Of a stretch of DNA of 64,000 nucleotides, positions 45,040 through 55,001 are shown piece by piece (within the stretch, counting starts at the first letter, position 1; every line of letters starts with the position of its first letter). Both the position numbers and the translations under genes were made by a program. Source of the stretch: Minisyncoccota bacterium (GTDB lineage Bacteria; Patescibacteriota; Minisyncoccia; Phycocordibacterales; XYD1-FULL-46-19); the NCBI GenBank assembly GCA_041665625.1, contig JBAYIK010000001.1:196341-260340 (forward strand). The letters run 5' to 3'. A model generated the notes under the pieces. The model saw nothing but the letters and a program-made list of their open reading frames with translations, did no database searches and was not told the DNA's origin.

Positions 45040-46092
45040 TTAGCGCGGAGTTAGTTCTTCCTCATTATCGATTAATATGTCACGATAGGCCTCAAAATCA
45101 TCAAGGATAACCCCAGTCCCTCGGACAACAGCCGTCAGGGGGTCATCAGCCAAGTGAACAGGGATTTCCAATTCTTTACTCAAGAGCTCACCTAGACCAC
45201 GAATAAGAGCTCCTCCTCCAGTAAGGACTAAACCTCGGCGCATAATATCAGAGACCACTTCTGGTGGAGTTGCCTCTAAAACTTCCTTCACGGCGTCAAC
45301 AAAAATATTAAGAGAGGTAAAAATAGCTTCACGCACATCAGAATCAGTAATAGCCACTTCACGAGGAAGACCTGTCACAAGATCGCGGCCACGAACCAGA
45401 GTTTCATTATTATCCTTCTGTTTCAAAACGGCTCCAATATTTATTTTAACTTCTTCGGCCGTTCGTTCTCCTAAGAGAATTTTAAATTCATCGCGGACAT
45501 AATTAATAATATCTTGATTGAAGCGTTCACCGGCGACCAAAAGATTCTTAACCTTAACCAAGCCGCCAAGCGAAATAACCGCTATATCTGTTGTCCCGCC
45601 ACCAATGTCGACAATCATATTACCGACTGGATCAAAGATGGGCATATTAATACCAATAGCGGCGGCCACCGGTTGCTCAACAATATGAACAGCGCGGGCG
45701 CCCGCAGCCGTCGCGGCATCACGAACAGCACGTCTCTCAACATTGGTAATCCCCGAAGGAACAGCAATCACAACACGAGGACGGAACAAATTACTACCCA
45801 CCAAGGTCGCCGTCTTTTTCAAAAAATAAGCGAGCATTTCTTCGGCCACCTCATAATTAGAAATAACTCCTCCAACCAGAGGTTTTATCGCTTGGATATG
45901 GGCTGGGGTACGACCAATCATCTGGCTCGCATCGTTACCAACAGCCACGACCCGCCCCGTCTTTTGGTTTAAAGAAACAATAGATGGCTCAGAGATAATA
46001 ATGCCATGACCCTTAACATAGACTAAGGTATTAGAGGTCCCCAGGTCGATACCGACATCATTAGAAAACATTTTCGAAAATTGCCAAAACAT
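45040..46092 (-). CDS. mreB: rod shape-determining protein MreB
   Basis: Actin-fold motifs 'DLGTSNT', 'DIGGGTTD'. Confidence 0.9.
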   Translation of the reverse strand: MFWQFSKMFSNDVGIDLGTSNTLVYVKGHGIIISEPSIVSLNQKTGRVVAVGNDASQMIGRTPAHIQAIKPLVGGVISNYEVAEEMLAYFLKKTATLVGSNLFRPRVVIAVPSGITNVERRAVRDAATAAGARAVHIVEQPVAAAIGINMPIFDPVGNMIVDIGGGTTDIAVISLGGLVKVKNLLVAGERFNQDIINYVRDEFKILLGERTAEEVKINIGAVLKQKDNNETLVRGRDLVTGLPREVAITDSDVREAIFTSLNIFVDAVKEVLEATPPEVVSDIMRRGLVLTGGGALIRGLGELLSKELEIPVHLADDPLTAVVRGTGVILDDFEAYRDILIDNEEELTPR

Positions 46093-46113
46093 ATCATTCT
46101 TTCGCTCGGTTAA

Positions 46114-47364
46114 TTATTTTACGATCTCTATTAATTCCTCCAGGCTGACCATACGAACTTCACCACTCACTCGCTCTTTTAATTCAAATTGACCGCTCGC
46201 TAAAGTCTTATCTGAGACAATCACTCTATAGGGAATACCAAGCAAATCGGCATCGGCAAATTTTTCACCAGCGCTAGCTACTCTATCATCATAAAAAACC
46301 TCGACACCCTCATCATTTAGACTAGCATAAAGTTTCTCCGCTAATTCCGCCGAATTGTTTCCTTCACCAGGAATCCAAACAAGATGAACGGTAAAGGGCG
46401 CAATACTTCGAGGCCAAACAAGACCCCGGTCATCAGCAAAAGTTTCCACGACGGTCCCCATTAATCGGCCTAACCCGATACCATAGCAGCCCATGACCAC
46501 AGATCGATTTTCGCCGTTCTCGTCAGTAAAAGTAAGGCCGAGTGACTTAGAAAACTTGGTTCCTAACTTAAAGATATTGCCAACTTCAATTGCTCTCTTC
46601 TCCACCAGGTCATCCATCCCAATCCCCATCTCTGCTAAAGTCTCCTCATCAAGAACCTCTTTGTTGATTGCAAATTTTTTCTCCTCACAGACATAAATGG
46701 TATCCTCCCCCGCCTCTGATAAGGTTTGATACTCGTGACTATATTTACTAAAAGTTCCGCCTGAAGCAAAAGTTATATAAGTAATATCCCCCAAACCAAC
46801 CCGTTCAAAAATTCTTTCGTAAGCGCCCTTGGCTTTATCATAAAAATCATCTAGTTCCTCTTCGCTTTTAGAAAAAGAATAAAGATCTTTCATTAAAAAT
46901 TCACGGCCCCGCATAATCCCGCTCTTCGCTCGAAGTTCATTACGGAACTTAGTCTGGAATTGATAAGCATAGACCGGCAAATCTTTATACGAACTAATAT
47001 GATCACGCATCAAGTTGGTAATCATCTCCTCATGAGTTGTCCCAAGTCCAATCTCACCACCTGACTTTAATTCTGTTTTGAACCAATTATCAACAGCTTC
47101 ATCATCCCAACGTCCAGTCTTCTTCCATAATTCAGGATTTTGGAAAGCAGTAAGAGATAATTCATTTCCCCCAAGTTCATTCATTTCTTCACGGATAATA
47201 TTCTCAATCTTGTTTAGAACACGCAAACCAAGGGGAAGATAAGAATAGACCCCAGCTAATTCCTTATTAATAAAACCAGCACGAATCAAGAGCTTGGCGT
47301 TCTCGGCCACCTCTTCTTTCGGCGCTTCACGCCGAGTTTTAGTGAACAATTGAGATTGTCGCAT
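46114..47364 (-). CDS. proS: proline--tRNA ligase (short form without INS editing domain)
   Basis: 'MRQSQLFTKT', class II motifs, 416 aa. Confidence 0.85.
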   Translation of the reverse strand: MRQSQLFTKTRREAPKEEVAENAKLLIRAGFINKELAGVYSYLPLGLRVLNKIENIIREEMNELGGNELSLTAFQNPELWKKTGRWDDEAVDNWFKTELKSGGEIGLGTTHEEMITNLMRDHISSYKDLPVYAYQFQTKFRNELRAKSGIMRGREFLMKDLYSFSKSEEELDDFYDKAKGAYERIFERVGLGDITYITFASGGTFSKYSHEYQTLSEAGEDTIYVCEEKKFAINKEVLDEETLAEMGIGMDDLVEKRAIEVGNIFKLGTKFSKSLGLTFTDENGENRSVVMGCYGIGLGRLMGTVVETFADDRGLVWPRSIAPFTVHLVWIPGEGNNSAELAEKLYASLNDEGVEVFYDDRVASAGEKFADADLLGIPYRVIVSDKTLASGQFELKERVSGEVRMVSLEELIEIVK

Positions 47365-47397
47365 ATGCCCCCATCTTAACCCAAAAGCCTAAGTGGG

Positions 47398-48507
47398 TCA
47401 AAGAAGCTTGAAAATGTCACTAATAGCAATAACCGCCATCAGGAGGAGGAGGAGACCAAAGCCAATCATGTTGAGAGTATTGGCAATAACTGGCTTAATA
47501 GGGCGACGAATTACCGCTTCGATAGCAACAAAGAGGAGGCGTCCGCCGTCTAAGGCCGGGAAGGGTAAAAGGTTAATGATTGCTAAGTTAACCGAGATAA
47601 TGACCATAAAATTAAGGATATAGACCAAGCCCATCTTGGTGGCATCATTCATTAGGCCATAGATACCGATTGGCCCAGAAACAGCGGCCAAGGCTCCTTG
47701 CCCCTCCGTCGCAATCATTGAGAAGAAATCTCCGAAAGATAGAAAAGTGTTAACAATAAGATGATATGAAAAATAAAGTCCATAACAAGGCGCCTTCCAC
47801 CAAGCCGCCGAGACCAAACCAATTTTCTGCATAGCGATACCGATCATGGCATCGCTACTAGAACTATTCGTTTTAGGAATAACCGTCAGCACCGAACTCG
47901 TAGCCAAAAGGCCCTTGCGTGAATATTCTACTTTTACTTCTTGATTTGGAAACTTCTTCACAAAAGTGCGGACGGAGTCGGCCGACAAATTCACCACCTT
48001 TTCTTGGCCTGACGAAAGTGAAATTAATTGATCACCAGCCTTGATACCACCCAAGGCCGCCGGCGAGTCTTTAAGGACATTAACCACGGCCAACATCTCA
48101 CGATGAACGGTCATCCCAGCCGGGACTCCCCCGTCCGTCGCCACGGGCATTCCAATCATTAAATTTATAGAGATAAGAATCCAAGCAAAAATTAAATTAA
48201 AAGTAACACCGGCAGCGAGGACCAGAGCTTGGATCCACTTGGGTTTATGGACAAAAGAGCGAGCACTATCAGGGCCACTGGTATTTTCTTCATTAGGATC
48301 TTCACCAAAAATTTTAACAAAACCACCAAAGGGCAAGGCGTTGATCGAATAGGTGGTCTCCCCTTTTTTCACCCCAAAAACTTTTGGTGGCAGCCCTAGA
48401 CCAAATTCGTCCACCCGAATTCCAGAGAGTTTGGCAACAATAAAATGCCCCAACTCGTGAGTTAAGATAAGTAACGCGAGGACAAGGATAAAAAGTACGA
48501 TTGTCAT
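47398..48507 (-). CDS. rseP: RIP metalloprotease RseP (site-2 protease)
   Basis: 'HELGHF' plus PDZ plus 'LDGG'. Confidence 0.85.
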   Translation of the reverse strand: MTIVLFILVLALLILTHELGHFIVAKLSGIRVDEFGLGLPPKVFGVKKGETTYSINALPFGGFVKIFGEDPNEENTSGPDSARSFVHKPKWIQALVLAAGVTFNLIFAWILISINLMIGMPVATDGGVPAGMTVHREMLAVVNVLKDSPAALGGIKAGDQLISLSSGQEKVVNLSADSVRTFVKKFPNQEVKVEYSRKGLLATSSVLTVIPKTNSSSSDAMIGIAMQKIGLVSAAWWKAPCYGLYFSYHLIVNTFLSFGDFFSMIATEGQGALAAVSGPIGIYGLMNDATKMGLVYILNFMVIISVNLAIINLLPFPALDGGRLLFVAIEAVIRRPIKPVIANTLNMIGFGLLLLLMAVIAISDIFKLL

Positions 48508-48508
48508 G

Positions 48509-49057
48509 CTAGCTCATTATTTCGGTTTCCTTTCTTTTAGATAGGGCTTCGAGTTTAGCATTCGCCTCGTCAATCATTTTCTGCAAATCATCCTTAGCCT
48601 TATACTTGTCGTCTTCGCTCATTTCACCGGCTTTCTCCTGTTCTTGAATTTCCTCCCAAACTTTTTCTCGTTCCTTGCGCACCGAAATACGAGCATCTTC
48701 TAACTTATCACCTGTAAGCTTAATTAACATTTTGCGGCGCTCTTCAGTGAGCATGGGGAAGATGGCGCGCAGACCACTTGAATCCGGCGAGACAGAGAGG
48801 CCAATATTAGCGGCTTCGATGGCTGTCTGGATAGCGCCGAGCTGACTCTTGTCCCACGGGGTAATACGCACAGTTCGAGCATCTTCAATCCCAATGGCGG
48901 CCACATGTTTAAGAGGAGTTCGCGCACCATAAGATTCTACCATCACGCTGTCTAAAACAGCGGGGGTGGCCTTTCCCGTTCTAATGCTCAAATACTCACG
49001 TCCGAGCCAATCCTCAACCTCGGTTAATTTTGTTTTAAATGATAAAAAGTTATACAT
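48509..49057 (-). CDS. frr: ribosome recycling factor
   Basis: RRF fold, 182 aa. Confidence 0.9.
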   Translation of the reverse strand: MYNFLSFKTKLTEVEDWLGREYLSIRTGKATPAVLDSVMVESYGARTPLKHVAAIGIEDARTVRITPWDKSQLGAIQTAIEAANIGLSVSPDSSGLRAIFPMLTEERRKMLIKLTGDKLEDARISVRKEREKVWEEIQEQEKAGEMSEDDKYKAKDDLQKMIDEANAKLEALSKRKETEIMS

Positions 49058-49079
49058 GGATATATTATATAGGAAGTTG

Positions 49080-49787
49080 CTAATTTGGTAAAATCAAAGC
49101 TAAGTGTTCTAAAATGAGGCGATTGGACGAACGAGGGTTCTCTAAATAGCGACGAGATTTTTCTAATTCATAGAGAATGAGCTCTTCGTCTTTAGTAATT
49201 TTCCTCATCTCTATCCCCGCTCGGAGAGTTTTCTCTAGTTCTATCACAAAATCGATTATCTCACTTTTAGATTTGTCTTTCGATTTAAGAAATTCTTTTT
49301 GTAAAAATTCAAGGCGGTCGGGAAGGTCGAGTTTAAGGAATTTGCCCACCCCCAAGGACTCTCCTTGAGCGGCCCCCAAAGGAGAGTCCTTGGGGGTACC
49401 CAGGACCATCATTCGCGAGCAGACCGTCGGAAGAAAAATCTCCGCTGAACGAGCAATGATGAAAAAATGAGTATCAGGGATAGATTCTTCAAAAGTCTTA
49501 ATCAAAGCATTTTGCGCTTCAGACGTAGCCGAATTTATTTCTAAGACAAAGAAGCGACCCGTACCCGAAAAAGATTTGCGCGATTCTTTCTCAATTAAAG
49601 TGTGACTGTCTTTAACTCCAAAGGAATCATAAGCTTGCCAGAAAAGATCAGGGTAAGCAGACAAATTCTCTATCTTTAAATTCCCTTTTAATTCTTGAGC
49701 GAGAATTCCTTGCCAATATTTCCTATCCCCAACCAATAAATAGGCGTGATACAATTTTTTAAAATCAAAAATTTCTTTATTTCCCAT
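49080..49787 (-). CDS. holB: DNA polymerase III delta' subunit-like (HolB)
   Basis: 'QNALIKTFEE', 'FFIIA', 'PTVCSRM'. P-loop degenerate, as expected for delta'. Confidence 0.7.
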   Translation of the reverse strand: MGNKEIFDFKKLYHAYLLVGDRKYWQGILAQELKGNLKIENLSAYPDLFWQAYDSFGVKDSHTLIEKESRKSFSGTGRFFVLEINSATSEAQNALIKTFEESIPDTHFFIIARSAEIFLPTVCSRMMVLGTPKDSPLGAAQGESLGVGKFLKLDLPDRLEFLQKEFLKSKDKSKSEIIDFVIELEKTLRAGIEMRKITKDEELILYELEKSRRYLENPRSSNRLILEHLALILPN

Positions 49788-49796
49788 TACTTGTTA

Positions 49797-50810
49797 CTAT
49801 CTCTTGGAAATAATACTTCTTTTATAGACATCAATATGATCAAGGGCGATGCCAGTCCCCTTCGCCACACAATAAAGAGCATCTTCGGCCACATAAGCTT
49901 TAACCCCCGTCTTACGGAAAATGAGTTCAGATAAATTACGCAATTGTGACGATCCGCCGGTCAAAGTAATCCCCTGGTCAATGACATCAGCTGAAAGTTC
50001 AGGCGGAGTATCTTGAAAAACAATTTTAATAGCGCGGATAATTTCCTTAAGTTCATTGTCGATAGCCCGCACAATCTCATTAGTTCGTACCTCCGCCGAA
50101 CGAGGAAGCCCGGTCATAAAGTCTCGCCCCTTAATAGTATAAGAAACCTCATCCTCGATCGGAACTGCTGAACCAACCGAAATTTTTACTTCCTCAGCCG
50201 TCTTATCGCCAATAGCTAAATTGAAAGTTTTTTTAATATAATCGGCAATCGCTTGGTCAATCTTATTGCCGGCATGCTTAACCGACGTCGAAGAGACAAT
50301 ACCTCCAAGAGAAATCACCGCCACGTCAGTTGTTCCCCCTCCGATATCAACAACCATGTGACCACAGGCCTCATAAATTGGAATTCCCGCACCGATAGCG
50401 GCCAAGATTGGCTCCTTCACGACATAAGCATTCTTGGCTCCGGCCCGTACTGTAGCTTCAATTACCGCTCGGCGTTCAGTTGAAGTGACACCGGCTGGGA
50501 CAGAGACCATGACGTCAGGCTTAAACAAGTTAAAACGCCCGATCGCTTTATTAATATAGTAACGCAACATCGCCTCAGTAATGCGGTAGTCAGCAATTAC
50601 ACCATCTTTCATCGGCTTATAGACCATAATGGTGTCGGGGGCCTTACCAACCATATCTTTAGCTTCTCCCCCCACCGCCACAACCCGGTTATCCATCAAG
50701 TTAACAGCCACAACCGAGGGCTCATTCAAGACTATCCCCTGGCCCGGCACATAAACCAAAGTATTGGCCGTCCCTAAGTCTATTCCTAGTTTTGTGGTAA
50801 ACACTGACAT
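49797..50810 (-). CDS. MreB/Mbl-like actin homolog (second paralog)
   Basis: 'LGIDLGTANT', 'DIGGGTTD'. Confidence 0.85.
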   Translation of the reverse strand: MSVFTTKLGIDLGTANTLVYVPGQGIVLNEPSVVAVNLMDNRVVAVGGEAKDMVGKAPDTIMVYKPMKDGVIADYRITEAMLRYYINKAIGRFNLFKPDVMVSVPAGVTSTERRAVIEATVRAGAKNAYVVKEPILAAIGAGIPIYEACGHMVVDIGGGTTDVAVISLGGIVSSTSVKHAGNKIDQAIADYIKKTFNLAIGDKTAEEVKISVGSAVPIEDEVSYTIKGRDFMTGLPRSAEVRTNEIVRAIDNELKEIIRAIKIVFQDTPPELSADVIDQGITLTGGSSQLRNLSELIFRKTGVKAYVAEDALYCVAKGTGIALDHIDVYKRSIISKR

Positions 50811-52120
50811 AATTCGTTTTTATCATCGCCGGAGACTCTTTTGACCTCTAGACCTAGGCTAACTAGGCGCTTTTCGATCTCCTCGTAACCCCGGTCGATA
50901 TATTCGACATTATGTACTACCGATTGCCCAGATGCAATAATAGCCGCTAAAACATAAGCTAAGCCCGCTCGCAGGTCTGGACTCTCAATCTCTCGGCCTG
51001 ATAGGGGTGTTGGCCCATCAATAATCGCACGGTGGGAATCAAGAACCTTCACTTTAGCCCCCATCCGATTTAGGGCATCAAAATAATTTAAGCGACCCTC
51101 AAAAATTGTTTCGAAGATATAACTCTGACCTTCAGCTTGCGTTAAAAAAATAGAAAAGGGTGCTTGCAGATCGGTGGGGAAACCAGGATACTCGTGAGTC
51201 TTCACATCAAGCGCCGTAAATTTCTCGTCACCACTATTTGTAACTTTAACCCAATCAGGACCTGTTTCGATATTAACTCCGGCCTCAGATAAATAAGCAG
51301 TGAGGGCGTCAAGATGGTCGGGGTGACAATTTTTAACAGTCAATTCCGAGGCAGCGAGAGCCCCAAGAATAATAAAACTCCCCGCCTCAATGCGGTCGGG
51401 TAAAGTGTGGTGGGTTTTCCCTTCACCAATTAGTAAATCCCCACCTTCAATTTTAATCGTCGAAGTTCCAAGACCAGTAATTTTGGCTCCACATTCATTT
51501 AGCCATTCACCCAATGAGACAATCTCTGGCTCAACGGGGCAATTCTTAAGAACCGTCACGCCACGAGCTAAAACCCCCGCCATCATAAAGGTCTCAGTAC
51601 TCGTCACTGACTGTTGCTTGAAAAAGATCTCGGCTCCAACTAATTTCCCGTCAGCCGCCTCAACCGTAAAGGTCTCTCCGTCCTCAGTAATGTTTGCTCC
51701 CATCTTGCGGAAACCTGACAGAAACATATCTATCGGCCGTTTACCAATAACACAACCACCAGGGTAAGGGAAAATTACTTTACCAAAGCGAGCCAAAAGC
51801 GGCCCAGTAATAACAATCGAAGCTCGCAGTTTCTTAGAAATATCAGCTGGCAAGCTAAACTCTTTGAGCTCTGTTGTATCTAAAGAATAAAAATTCTTTC
51901 CTGAATGTTCAACCTTAACGCCTAATCGTTCCAAGAGTTCAATAATCTTTCGAACATCTTCAATCTCCGGGATGTTTTCAACAGAAAAACCGTCTTTGAA
52001 CAAAACGCTACCGGCCAAAACCTTAAGGGCCTCGTTTTTGGCACCACCAATAGCAATTTCACCTTTCAGAGTTTTGGCACCACCTAAACCGGCGATAATG
52101 AATCTATCGTCTTTAATCAT
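50786..52120 (-). CDS. murA: UDP-N-acetylglucosamine 1-carboxyvinyltransferase
   Basis: EPT fold with catalytic Cys in 'PGGCVIG'. Confidence 0.9.
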   Translation of the reverse strand: MIKDDRFIIAGLGGAKTLKGEIAIGGAKNEALKVLAGSVLFKDGFSVENIPEIEDVRKIIELLERLGVKVEHSGKNFYSLDTTELKEFSLPADISKKLRASIVITGPLLARFGKVIFPYPGGCVIGKRPIDMFLSGFRKMGANITEDGETFTVEAADGKLVGAEIFFKQQSVTSTETFMMAGVLARGVTVLKNCPVEPEIVSLGEWLNECGAKITGLGTSTIKIEGGDLLIGEGKTHHTLPDRIEAGSFIILGALAASELTVKNCHPDHLDALTAYLSEAGVNIETGPDWVKVTNSGDEKFTALDVKTHEYPGFPTDLQAPFSIFLTQAEGQSYIFETIFEGRLNYFDALNRMGAKVKVLDSHRAIIDGPTPLSGREIESPDLRAGLAYVLAAIIASGQSVVHNVEYIDRGYEEIEKRLVSLGLEVKRVSGDDKNELCQCLPQN

Positions 52121-52131
52121 GATTAAGCCTA

Positions 52132-54231
52132 TTATTTCACAGAAACGTCTCTTGTCAAAATTCCGTCTTTAAAGTTAATAGGCTCAGATTGGTAAACTTT
52201 AATGTAGGATCCGTCAGGAAGTTTCTCTTCGACCGTATAATAGTAGACACCAGGTCGGACTAAGAGGTAAAAACGTCCAAACTTATCGGCCACCACCTGT
52301 TTAATTTGTTGATTAAGATTAGGAATAAAGACCCGCAAAATAGCAAAAGATAGAGGTTCACCAGTACTTTCCCTAAACACTCTCAGTGGTTTATATTTAT
52401 CTCGCCAGAAAATATTGTAGATAATAATTCCAACATAGAGAAGAGTAATGATAATATTTGGAAGTGAGAAATCAAAGACAATAGCATAAATAGAAAGGAT
52501 GAAACCAAAACCAAAGAATAATTTATACAAACGATTCAACCAGAGCTTGCGTCGGTCGTAGAAACGGAAGAAATTAGTCTTTGTCTTCGCAAATTCATTC
52601 CAGTCGAAGTCAACTGAGTCCATCGGAATATTAAGATTGACAACGTTGTTACTAGTAACAACAATCGGGGAGCCAAAATATAAATTACGATAAAGCTCAT
52701 CCCACTCTCGTCCTTCTAATTTAGAGGAAGGGAATTTATAGTGAGTCTTATTCGCCTTAAAATAATAAGTACCATCTGGCAGGAAGAAACTATAGCGCCC
52801 ATCAATATCAGTAATGGCGCTAGCCATCTCTTTCATTTTACCATCAGGGCCCGTCACTTCAGCCGTAACATAAACCGGATCGAGAGGTTGTTTTGTCTCA
52901 GAGTCATAAACTGTTCCCCAGGGTTTGTCGTGACGGCGACGACCAAGGAAATAACTAAAGACACGGATCAGAAGATTCCAGAGATCAATTAACAAAGGAA
53001 GGAAGCCAATAAATAGCCCGGCAGTTGTTAGCCAAGGAAAAGCCGTGTTAGGTATCACCAAGCGACCCTTGATATGCTGCATCGTCTGATTCTCGTAATT
53101 GATGATATAAATATCAATCGGATACAAACCCCTCTTGAGTAAAGGACTAAGCATCGCCTCATAAGTTATCCCATCAGCAGAGCGATGCATCAAAAAAGAA
53201 TAACTTTTATTTTTATCATAAGGATCTGTCAGTGTTACCCCAATGGTCTTAAGGGAAGAGACAATTGAACTAAATTTTAATCGAACAGTTACAGGTTTGG
53301 CCCCTGCCAAGCGAACAATCCCCCTCCAGTCAAAAGTTTTTACACTTTCTGCTGGTTGAATAAAGGATAATTCCCATTTTACGTTTAAAGACGAGGCGGC
53401 AGGAGGAAGAAAAGAAAAAGGACCACCATCCTCACCATAGCGGCAGCTGTCGTCATTAAGTTCTGCTCGTGGATTATAGTTTAAAGCAGCCGGGTCAGTA
53501 CAACCAGAAATTTTCCCCGGTGGCCAAGGAACGACCTCATCAGCAAGACGCCCGTCAGAAAAAGAATTATCATTATTAAGAACGAAAGCCGTATAATAAT
53601 AATGTTGCCCCTCTTGGACATTGGAATCAAGAGTTCTCTCCCCTTTTCCTTCATAAATCTTTACTAAGCCAACTGGTGAATTAACCCAGCCACGGACAAT
53701 GACAATTGACTGGAATTTTGTTAGGGGAGGATTCTCCCAGGTAAGGAGTATGGCCTTCTGGACTTCATCATATTTTGCTTTAAAGTTGTTAAGTTGATAG
53801 TGACAAGTCCCATTATCAGCCGTTGCTATCGGATTATAATTAATAGCGACCTTGTCAGTACATCCAATTGGTTGAGGTGGATGACAATTATAAGTACAAG
53901 AGTGATCGTCTTGGGTTGCCAGTGGATTATAGTTACAAGCTCGGGGGTCAATACAGCCAGGAACAGGAGGAACAACCGCCGCTGGATCAATCTCCATATA
54001 ACGATAACCAGTACTAGCATTATTAAGTCCACCAAAACCCAAGCCCGAAGCAAGTTCTCCTAAGGTGTCACTAAGACCATAATTCCCCGAAGTCGAAAAG
54101 TCTGTCCCCCCAACATTCAAACTATCTTTTTCTAACCGATAATTGGGGCTAGCTGCAACATAGGCAGAAGCCGAGCTAACAAAACCAAAAAATAAGATGG
54201 AGAAAAAAAAGATAAAAAAAAATTTTTTCAT
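52132..54231 (-). CDS. large secreted hypothetical protein with three tandem Cys-pair repeats
   Basis: Signal peptide. Three repeats of the form 'GC[IT]D..A.NYNP.A...D.SC.Y'. C-terminal TM helices. Confidence 0.6.
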   Translation of the reverse strand: MKKFFFIFFFSILFFGFVSSASAYVAASPNYRLEKDSLNVGGTDFSTSGNYGLSDTLGELASGLGFGGLNNASTGYRYMEIDPAAVVPPVPGCIDPRACNYNPLATQDDHSCTYNCHPPQPIGCTDKVAINYNPIATADNGTCHYQLNNFKAKYDEVQKAILLTWENPPLTKFQSIVIVRGWVNSPVGLVKIYEGKGERTLDSNVQEGQHYYYTAFVLNNDNSFSDGRLADEVVPWPPGKISGCTDPAALNYNPRAELNDDSCRYGEDGGPFSFLPPAASSLNVKWELSFIQPAESVKTFDWRGIVRLAGAKPVTVRLKFSSIVSSLKTIGVTLTDPYDKNKSYSFLMHRSADGITYEAMLSPLLKRGLYPIDIYIINYENQTMQHIKGRLVIPNTAFPWLTTAGLFIGFLPLLIDLWNLLIRVFSYFLGRRRHDKPWGTVYDSETKQPLDPVYVTAEVTGPDGKMKEMASAITDIDGRYSFFLPDGTYYFKANKTHYKFPSSKLEGREWDELYRNLYFGSPIVVTSNNVVNLNIPMDSVDFDWNEFAKTKTNFFRFYDRRKLWLNRLYKLFFGFGFILSIYAIVFDFSLPNIIITLLYVGIIIYNIFWRDKYKPLRVFRESTGEPLSFAILRVFIPNLNQQIKQVVADKFGRFYLLVRPGVYYYTVEEKLPDGSYIKVYQSEPINFKDGILTRDVSVK

Positions 54232-54240
54232 AAATTGAAT

Positions 54241-54909
54241 TTAACGGGCAGGAGTCAAAACAAAGACATAACTACTTCCTCTTTGACCAGATGGGAAAAT
54301 GGGGGTGACTGTACCCGACCGACCGGTCGCGTCAAACTTGATATCAACAGGGTCAGCGAAGACCTGCTGTAAATCTTTTTTAAGATTCTCATCAATTTCT
54401 AATGCCCCATTGGAGGGAAGAGCCATCACGGCATAAACTTTTTTATCAGAACTAACACTCCCCCCAAAAAGAGAAACGGGACTACTACCCCCTTGGAGAG
54501 TCTTCGTAATAACTAATGAAGATGGTTCTTCTTGACCCCAAATCCCCCGCCACGTAATGACTAAATAATTCCAAAAATTCTCCAACCAAGAAACGACGGT
54601 TTTAAATAAATTAGAAACTGATTCGTAAACCGAGGCCATAAAAAGGACATTATCGGGCAAATCAATCTTAGCCACAGAGGCATAGCGTTCCTCTGGTAAA
54701 TCATAATTAGCCAGCTTCACCCCAACTTGCAAACTACCGACAAGCATCAACGCCAAAACAAAGCCCGTAAGAGGCAAGGTAATTAATTTCCATTTATTGA
54801 GAGGGCGAGTCGCCAACTTCCTATCAGGGGGAAGAGAAAGGTCCCGGTCGCCAGGCGATACAATAACAGGAGCAGATGATTCAACTTTAAAATAACCGAC
54901 TTTCATCAC
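54241..54909 (-). CDS. hypothetical membrane-anchored protein
   Basis: 222 aa with one TM. Confidence 0.5.
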   Translation of the reverse strand: MMKVGYFKVESSAPVIVSPGDRDLSLPPDRKLATRPLNKWKLITLPLTGFVLALMLVGSLQVGVKLANYDLPEERYASVAKIDLPDNVLFMASVYESVSNLFKTVVSWLENFWNYLVITWRGIWGQEEPSSLVITKTLQGGSSPVSLFGGSVSSDKKVYAVMALPSNGALEIDENLKKDLQQVFADPVDIKFDATGRSGTVTPIFPSGQRGSSYVFVLTPAR

Positions 54910-55001
54910 CCTTATAATACAACAATCAGCCTCATTTGAGAAGAAAAATTATGGTTGTGGATAAATAAGAAAATCGCTATACTCTGACTAACTAAACTCT
55001 T

